This document shows positions 57,445 to 64,000 of a stretch of 64,000 bases of DNA, piece after piece. The stretch is from an uncultured Nitrospiraceae bacterium (GTDB lineage Bacteria > Nitrospirota > Nitrospiria > Nitrospirales > Nitrospiraceae). Within the stretch, counting starts at the first letter, position 1; each line of letters opens with the position of its first letter. Below the pieces are notes generated by a model. That model saw only the letters and a program-made list of their open reading frames with translations. It did no database searches and was not told where the DNA came from. Location of the stretch: assembly GCA_963730935.1 (NCBI GenBank), contig CAVSTP010000004.1, positions 1,696,001 to 1,760,000 on the forward strand, read 5' to 3'. Both the position numbers and the translations under genes were made by a program.

Positions 57445-58869
57445 ATGAAATTCTCGCACTACGACCCGGGCGAGTTCTACGACGAGCTGTATGAGGGGAT
57501 CGGTCAGCCACGACCCGGCAGCACCCTCTTGCTGAGAAAGTTTGCCTCACTACCGGAAGGGGAACTCAAAAAGCGCCAGCAAGCGGCTGAGCGCGTCATC
57601 CTCAACATGGGGATGACGTTCGGCGTCTATGGCAGTGGCGACGGGCATGAGCAGATCTTTCCTTTCGACATCGTGCCTAGGATTATCGAACCGGCGGATT
57701 GGGAGACCATCGAATCGGGGCTTCGCCAGCGCCTGCGCGCGTTGAATCTATTTATTGACGATGTGTACCACGAGCAAAAGATCCTCAAGGACGGAGTCAT
57801 CCCCAGCGAACTCATTTATTCCAGTAGAGGATTTCTAAAGGCCTGCTGGGGACTCAAACCTCCGCGTGGCATATGGTGCCACATCGCAGGCATCGATCTG
57901 GTCCGCATCGGCGACGGCCAGTATTATGTCCTTGAAGACAACATGCGGTGCCCGTCTGGCGTCGCCTATGTGTTAGAAGCCCGGCAGGTCATGAAGCGGA
58001 CGTTTCCGGAGCTCTTCGACGCATATCGCGTGCGGCCAGTCGATGGCTATCCAAGCCAACTTCTGGAAACACTCCGGTATCTTTCGGACCTCCCCGATCC
58101 AACCGTTGTGATTCTCACCCCGGGAATCTTCAACTCGGCCTATTACGAACATTCCTTGCTCGCGCAAAAGATGGGAGTGGAGCTCGTGGAAGCCAATGAC
58201 CTTGTGGTGATGGATGGTTACGTCCATATGCGAACCACCAAGGGATCTCAGCGCGTAGACGTCATCTACCGGCGAATCAACGACGACTACTTAGACCCGC
58301 TCGCGTTTCGCTCCGATTCTGTGCTCGGGATCCCTGGTCTGATGGAATCGTACCGAAATGGCAGAGTGGCGCTCGCCAATGCACCCGGCACAGGGGTTTC
58401 GGACGACAAGGCAATCTATGCCTATGTTCCAAAGATCATCAATTACTATTTGGCGGAGGAACCGATACTCCAGAATGTACGCACTTACATCTGTTCAGAC
58501 AGACGGGACCGGGCCTATGTATTGGAACATTTGGACCAACTGGTGGTGAAGGCCACCAACGAAGCTGGCGGGTATGGGATGATGATCGGCCCGCAGGCTT
58601 CAAAGCAAGAGCGAGCGGACTGTGCCGGGCGCATTGAGGCCGACCCACGCAACTATATCGCCCAACCCGCCCTTGCGCTCTCGCGAGTGCCCACTCTTGT
58701 GGAAGATCATTTGGAAGGGCGTCATGTCGACCTACGCCCGTACGTCCTGTATGGGCGCGATGTGTACGTTTTACCGGGAGGCATGACACGCGTGGCGTTG
58801 AGGAAAGGCTCCCTGGTGGTGAATTCATCCCAAGGCGGGGGAAACAAAGATACGTGGGTCCTCTCATGA
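57445..58869 (+). CDS. Circularly permuted type 2 ATP-grasp protein
   Basis: [59 protein letters not shown]. Start moved to 57445. Confidence 0.93.
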   Translation: MKFSHYDPGEFYDELYEGIGQPRPGSTLLLRKFASLPEGELKKRQQAAERVILNMGMTFGVYGSGDGHEQIFPFDIVPRIIEPADWETIESGLRQRLRALNLFIDDVYHEQKILKDGVIPSELIYSSRGFLKACWGLKPPRGIWCHIAGIDLVRIGDGQYYVLEDNMRCPSGVAYVLEARQVMKRTFPELFDAYRVRPVDGYPSQLLETLRYLSDLPDPTVVILTPGIFNSAYYEHSLLAQKMGVELVEANDLVVMDGYVHMRTTKGSQRVDVIYRRINDDYLDPLAFRSDSVLGIPGLMESYRNGRVALANAPGTGVSDDKAIYAYVPKIINYYLAEEPILQNVRTYICSDRRDRAYVLEHLDQLVVKATNEAGGYGMMIGPQASKQERADCAGRIEADPRNYIAQPALALSRVPTLVEDHLEGRHVDLRPYVLYGRDVYVLPGGMTRVALRKGSLVVNSSQGGGNKDTWVLS

Positions 58870-58942
58870 GCGCCTCTTCCACCGCAAAATTGCATACGGG
58901 CACCGAACTCAGGCTGGCTGAGCAAGCAAGGCTTGGGCACCG

Positions 58943-59923
58943 ATGCTGAGTCGTGTCGCGAGTTCCATCTATTGGTTGAACCGCTATATCGAACGAGCGG
59001 AGAACTATGCCAGGTTCATCGAGGTCAATTTGAACCTCACCCTCGATCTACCCAGAGGCACGACGGAGCAATGGGAACCCTTAGTGGCAACCACCGGAGA
59101 CCATGAGAATTTCACCGTCCGGTACGGAAAGGCGACGAGGGAGGCCGTGATCCAATTCCTCTCCTCCGATGCCTCAAATCCCAATTCGATTCTATCCTGC
59201 GTCGTGGCCGCGCGGGAGAACGCCCGATCGGTCCGGGAAATCATTTCCACCGACATGTGGGAGCAGGTCAACCGCTTCAATTTAATGGTCAGGGATGCCG
59301 TGTCCAAAGGGTTATCCAGCCACAATCTCCACGCGTTTCTGTCAGATGTCAAAGCCGCGAGTCATCTCTTCCTGGGGATTACCGACGCGACCATGTCGCA
59401 TGGGGAAGGGTGGCATTTTGCGCGGCTCGGCCGTCTCCTTGAACGAGCGGACAAAACCTCCCGCATCCTCGACGTAAAATATTTCATGTTGCTCCCGACC
59501 GTGGCCGAGGTCGGTACGCCGTTCGATATTATTCAATGGTCCGCCCTCTTGAAATCCGCAAGCGCCCTCGAAATGTACTACAAACGCTTTGGCCGCATTT
59601 CGCCGGACGACGTCAGCGCTTTCTTAATTCTCGACTCCACCTTCCCGCGAGCCATCCGGTACTGCCTCATCAAGAGCGAGGATTCGCTGCACGCCATTTC
59701 CGGGTCCGAGCATGGGTCCTACCAGAACCAAGCCGAAAAAAGGCTGGGCCGTTTGCGCGCACAACTGGACTTCGGCGATCTTGAGGAATGTGTCGCTGAT
59801 GGCTTACACGAATTCCTGGATCAATTCCAAGGGCAGCTGAACGGTGTCGGGGAAGCTATCTTCGAGACCTTCTTTGCTCCGCGCCCGATTCACAGTACAA
59901 TCCCGATAGCGGAGGCACAGTGA
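58943..59923 (+). CDS. Alpha-E domain protein
   Basis: MLSRVASSIYWLNRYIERAE, ARENARSVRE, GRLLERAD, FPRAI, GLHEFL. Confidence 0.93.
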   Translation: MLSRVASSIYWLNRYIERAENYARFIEVNLNLTLDLPRGTTEQWEPLVATTGDHENFTVRYGKATREAVIQFLSSDASNPNSILSCVVAARENARSVREIISTDMWEQVNRFNLMVRDAVSKGLSSHNLHAFLSDVKAASHLFLGITDATMSHGEGWHFARLGRLLERADKTSRILDVKYFMLLPTVAEVGTPFDIIQWSALLKSASALEMYYKRFGRISPDDVSAFLILDSTFPRAIRYCLIKSEDSLHAISGSEHGSYQNQAEKRLGRLRAQLDFGDLEECVADGLHEFLDQFQGQLNGVGEAIFETFFAPRPIHSTIPIAEAQ

Positions 59924-60669
59924 CATTTTGCTTGGGCATGAAAGTCGAGGATGGCTTGATCGGCATTGCCGATACCCGCGTCACATCCGGCGTGGAGTGT
60001 ATCACCGCACGGAAGGTCTCTATCCATCAGCATGGACGGCACTCGATGTTTCTCATGACGTCGGGACTGCGCTCCGTTCGAGACAAAGCTGTCACCTATT
60101 TCGATGAAGCCATCAGCGAAGGCGATCAGACGTTCGACAAGCTGTTCAAAGCGGTCAACGTGTTCGCTGCGCAGATCCGTCGGGTGGCACAAGAGGACAA
60201 AGAAGCGCTCGGCAAAGCAGGATTGACCTTTGATCTCCACGCCCTGGTTGGAGGACAGCTAGAAAATGACCAGGAGCACAAACTGTATCTCATTTATCCG
60301 CAAGGGAATTGGGTCGAGGTGAGTGAAGGTACGCCCTATTGCATCATCGGCGAGACAGGCTATGGGAAACCCCTCCTCGATCGTGTGTTACGGTACCATT
60401 CCAGCATGGACCTCGCCATGAAGGTGGGCTTCCTCGCCTTTGACGCCACTCGGACCAGTTCGACCAGTGTTGAATATCCCATCGATGTCGTGCTCTATCG
60501 GCATGATACCTTCGATATCGTCGAGCATCGGTTAGAGAAAGAGGACCTCGCCGAGATCTCGTCTTGGTGGCAATCAAGAATTTACGACTCCGTCGAAAAA
60601 CTGCCGTCGCAGTGGGCCGATCGCCTCCTAGAGTCCCTGCCGAAGAAAACGAGATCTTCCATTCAATGA
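59920..60669 (+). CDS. Anbu proteasome-type Ntn peptidase
   Basis: (M)TFCLG with catalytic Thr1, DTRVTSG, RK, LYLIYPQGN, IGETGYGKPLLDR; GTGA overlap with alpha-E. Confidence 0.9.
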   Translation: MTFCLGMKVEDGLIGIADTRVTSGVECITARKVSIHQHGRHSMFLMTSGLRSVRDKAVTYFDEAISEGDQTFDKLFKAVNVFAAQIRRVAQEDKEALGKAGLTFDLHALVGGQLENDQEHKLYLIYPQGNWVEVSEGTPYCIIGETGYGKPLLDRVLRYHSSMDLAMKVGFLAFDATRTSSTSVEYPIDVVLYRHDTFDIVEHRLEKEDLAEISSWWQSRIYDSVEKLPSQWADRLLESLPKKTRSSIQ

Positions 60670-61371
60670 CTCTGGCCATCCAACGTCGTGAACCACCTGC
60701 GCCAGGTTGAACGCCGCAGTTGGACACATGCACTACCCCACTTAATTTGCGGACAGATCGTTTTTCGTTTGTGACCATCCTTTTTGTAAAGACCTCAGTT
60801 TCTTCTGAGGCTCTACTTCCGATGAGATTCTGGTATTACTCGCCTACTAATATGTGACGAGGTTCAAGGCTATCAAACGAGGAGGTCGCTCTGATACGCC
60901 TGGGCGGGATTGCTAAGCTACGAAGCGCCGAGTATCGCTTGAACACCCATGGCTCGTGAGGCATCCCCTTTAAAGGCTTTGCGAACGCCGCCTGACCTGC
61001 GGTTTACAAAATTTAGAAAATACAACCTCAGACAACCTAAACCCGACGAGACTGACTGTGAAGCGGGCGCAGATGGGGCTGGTTTGTCCTGTATGGTAGC
61101 AGCATAGTAGCAGAGGGCACCTTATCCCAGAGCGAGAGAAACTACTGTCCGGAGTCCTAGGGCTAATGTTGCGCTCACGCCACCGCGCCGGCATTCATTC
61201 TCGCTGATAGTCATTCGAATACCTACGAAGACACACTAAGGTTTTTGCCTTGGGTGTTACTAGGTGAACGCCTAGTCTCTTATGCCGAACAGTTTATATA
61301 TATACTCTGTGGCGAGATGAACCCGTATTGTAGTGAGTGATATGAGGCCATTTTCACCGTAGGAGCTAGAA

Positions 61372-62931
61372 ATGACGCGATTGTCCAGAAGGCCACTGGC
61401 CTCAACACTACCCCTATTGCTGTTGGCAGGCCTGTTCCTTAACGCGTGTAGCAGTGGTGGAGGCGATGGAAGCGCAGGCACTCCGCCGGGAAGCCCTCCG
61501 CCGTCTGGACCCACACCCCCACCGCCCGTCGCCGGACTCGTTCAGCAAGGCTATCTTAAAGCGTCAAATACCGGCGCTAACGATAATCTTGGATTTAATG
61601 TCGTGCTTTCCGGTGACACGCTGGTCGTGGGAGCCCCGCAGGAAGGAAGTAGTGCGACTGGGGTGAATGGCGATCAAGCGAACAATAACGCGCAAAACAG
61701 CGGCGCCGTCTATGTCTTCACGCGGACCGGCGGCGTCTGGACCCAGCAGGCCTATCTCAAGGCCTCGAATACCGACGCTAATGACCAGTTCGGGGTAGGC
61801 GTTGCGATCTCAGGCGACACGCTTGCGGTTGGAGCGCAGTTTGAGGCCAGCAATGCGACGGGCATCAATGGCGATCAGACCAACAATAGTGCGCCCCAGG
61901 CCGGAGCCGTCTATGTGTTCACGCGGACCGCAGGGGTCTGGTCTCAGCAGGCCTACCTCAAAGGTCATAATACTGAAGCGGGCGACCAGTTCGGCGTCAG
62001 CGTGGCCGTAGAAGGCGACACGTTAGCCGTCGGAGCGATCGCCGAGGCCAGCAATGCAACGGGCGTCAATCATGATGGGAGTAACAATAACGCGCCAGGC
62101 AGCGGCGCCGTCTATGTGTTCACGCGGACCGCAGGGGTCTGGTCTCAGCAAGCCTATGTCAAAGCCTCAAACGCCGGAGGCCTATTCGGGAATAGTGTTG
62201 CTCTTGCCGGCGACACGCTCGCGGTGGGCGCGCAGTTTGAGGCCAGTAATGCGACGGGCGTGAATGGCAATCAGACCGACACAAGCGCGCCGCTCGCCGG
62301 AGCGGTGTATGTGTTCACGCGGACCGGAGGGAACTGGACTCAGCAGGCCTATGTCAAGGCCTCGAATACCGATGCCGAGGATAGATTCGGAGAAGATGTC
62401 GCTCTAGACGGTGACACCCTTGTGGTCGGAGCGCGGTTTGAAGCCAGTGCTGCAAGCGGGGTCAATGCCGATCAGACCGACAATAGTGCGACCAACGCCG
62501 GAGCCGCCTATGTCTTTACACGGACGGCGGGGGTCTGGTCTCAACAAGCTTATCTCAAAGCCTCCAACGCTGGCACTGGTAAGAATTTCGCCGGAACCAT
62601 TACCATTGCGGGAAATATCGTGGCTGTTGGTTCACGGCTCGAAGATAGCAATGCGACCGGGATCAATGGCAATCAGGGGAACAATGGCGCATCGGATAGC
62701 GGCGCGGTCTATGTGTTCAAGCGTACCGCCGGGGTTTGGGAGCAGACAGACTATTTAAAAGCCTCCAACACGAACGCGGGGGACCAGTTTGGGGATGCTG
62801 TCGCTATCTCTGGCAATACGCTAGCCATTGGAGCATGGTTTGAAGGAAGCAGTGCGACCGGCGTGAACGGCAATCAAGCCGATAACAACGCCCCAAACAG
62901 CGGGGCCGTCTATGTATTCGACGGTCTGTAA
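61372..62931 (+). CDS. FG-GAP (integrin-like) beta-propeller lipoprotein
   Basis: Lipobox LNAC, Gly/Pro linker, seven YLKASN..FG..GDTLAVGA..GAVYVF repeats; AGGAG RBS. Confidence 0.9.
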   Translation: MTRLSRRPLASTLPLLLLAGLFLNACSSGGGDGSAGTPPGSPPPSGPTPPPPVAGLVQQGYLKASNTGANDNLGFNVVLSGDTLVVGAPQEGSSATGVNGDQANNNAQNSGAVYVFTRTGGVWTQQAYLKASNTDANDQFGVGVAISGDTLAVGAQFEASNATGINGDQTNNSAPQAGAVYVFTRTAGVWSQQAYLKGHNTEAGDQFGVSVAVEGDTLAVGAIAEASNATGVNHDGSNNNAPGSGAVYVFTRTAGVWSQQAYVKASNAGGLFGNSVALAGDTLAVGAQFEASNATGVNGNQTDTSAPLAGAVYVFTRTGGNWTQQAYVKASNTDAEDRFGEDVALDGDTLVVGARFEASAASGVNADQTDNSATNAGAAYVFTRTAGVWSQQAYLKASNAGTGKNFAGTITIAGNIVAVGSRLEDSNATGINGNQGNNGASDSGAVYVFKRTAGVWEQTDYLKASNTNAGDQFGDAVAISGNTLAIGAWFEGSSATGVNGNQADNNAPNSGAVYVFDGL

Positions 62932-63574
62932 GGGCATCAACGGATGACTTCATTCTTGGGATGGGGGACCGTGCTCGTCTAGCGCATGGCCGGCCACTGA
63001 TGATTTGATAAATAATCAGAGTTTAGTCAACCATGCACCGAGGTTCGGGAAGGGGCAATCCAGCGGTAATGTCGCAGGCATACTGCCCTGATACCTAACA
63101 TGTCACCAAAGGCCGAAAAGAGAGGGCCATGACCTGCGTTTATTAGTTCGCTGCCATTTCACAAACTCCTAACAGAGGGCGCAGTTAGAAAGTCCTTCCA
63201 CCATACGGCTACCGGTTAAAATCGAACTTGTGTTAGCGGAAGGTGCTGGAGCCGGAGACCCCAGGGCATTGAATGGTGCTATGCAGGTAATCGCCCGAGA
63301 TACGTCTGACCTATCAAAACAAGGGTTTTCACCCATGTCAGAACTGACAGTAGGCAGGACTCTTGCCCGATGGTAGAAGTCTCTCAAAAATGGAGTTGAC
63401 CTCGAGTCAGGCTTCGCAGATCCCGCAGGCCGTCGTGGTATGTGGAGTCTACAGCCGGTCCAGATCTCGCAGGTACTCTCCGCAACATCTGGAGGCGATG
63501 GCTGAATACTTTTGAGCTTCCACCCTCCGTGGTATGCACCCTTCAATGGCAATGGCAATGGAAAGGAGGTCGTG

Positions 63575-63937
63575 ATGGGTTTCCTCGCTACAATCTTTGA
63601 AAAGCTCGGTTTTGGCCCTGCCGCTGCCCAAGCAGCTCCCGAGGCCACACCGACGGCGCCTTCGAGGGCGATCACTGCAATCGATGTCGTTGCCAAGCTC
63701 GAGAACCTGGCAGGCAAGCGCGACGAAAAGCTCAATTGGAAGGTGTCGATCGTGGATCTCCTGAAGCTCCTCGGAATTGACAGTAGCCTTAATGCGAGAA
63801 AGGCACTGGCCACAGAGCTCGGATGTCCCGCCGAGAAAATGGGCGATTCGGCGCAGATGAACATGTGGCTGCACAAGACAGTGCTGAAAAAGCTAGCTGA
63901 CAATGGAGGCAACATTCCGAAGGAACTCGTGGATTAG
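63575..63937 (+). CDS. DUF3597 domain protein
   Basis: LNWKVSIVDLLKLLGIDSSLNARKALATEL, DSAQMNMWLHK; AAGGAGG RBS. Confidence 0.88.
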   Translation: MGFLATIFEKLGFGPAAAQAAPEATPTAPSRAITAIDVVAKLENLAGKRDEKLNWKVSIVDLLKLLGIDSSLNARKALATELGCPAEKMGDSAQMNMWLHKTVLKKLADNGGNIPKELVD

Positions 63938-64000
63938 TGGAGCCGAGAAACGAATGGGAAGTGTCTTGCTTGCCGAAGCAGCTGGCAGCGCGTTCGCGCA

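Noticed and set aside
60670..61230. Long, lower-GC intergenic region as a possible ncRNA or IS remnant
   Set aside because: No recognisable RNA family, terminal inverted repeats or transposase fragment by eye; an Rfam/ISfinder search would be needed.
63001..63019. FNR-like site TGATTTGATAAATAATCAG
   Set aside because: Spacing does not fit TTGAT-N4-ATCAA, and it lies over 550 nt from the next start codon.
63169..63915. 248-aa minus-strand ORF
   Set aside because: Largely antisense to the DUF3597 gene, with no recognisable domain.

Overview
A GC-rich bacterial chromosome segment, most consistent with Nitrospira (inferred from gene content, not from a search). It has three parts. (1) <1-34.7 kb, all minus strand: a type IV pilin (pilA, with a sigma54-type promoter and a terminator) flanked by two candidate membrane glycan-transfer enzymes (YfhO/TfpW-like GT-C and O-antigen-ligase/PglL-like with TPR). 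It continues through a PilG/H/I-like accessory set into a tightly coupled ~26 kb glycan cluster: Wzm/Wzt, 10 glycosyltransferase genes, 9 SAM methyltransferase genes, a deacetylase, an O-acetyltransferase, a WecA-like initiator, and a flavoenzyme resembling eukaryote-type UDP-galactopyranose mutase that runs off the left edge. (2) 34.7-49.8 kb: core genes (TPR lipoprotein, dnaB, hisZ, serA, class V aminotransferase, MltD-like transglycosylase, YfgM-like protein, bioF, pilT, pilU, cytochrome c, SUMF1/FGE protein). (3) 50-64 kb: an accessory stress/regulatory region with a diguanylate cyclase, four response regulators with no kinase in the window, hemerythrin, an unannotated metallothionein-like ORF, small proteins and remnants, a three-gene cp-ATP-grasp/alpha-E/Anbu operon lacking its usual transglutaminase, an FG-GAP propeller lipoprotein and a DUF3597 protein. 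Intergenic DNA in part 3 repeatedly carries a 14-bp TAGG-N6-CCTA palindrome. No rRNA, tRNA, CRISPR array or intact mobile element was seen. Several start codons were re-assigned from the ORF track using RBS and ATGA-overlap evidence.
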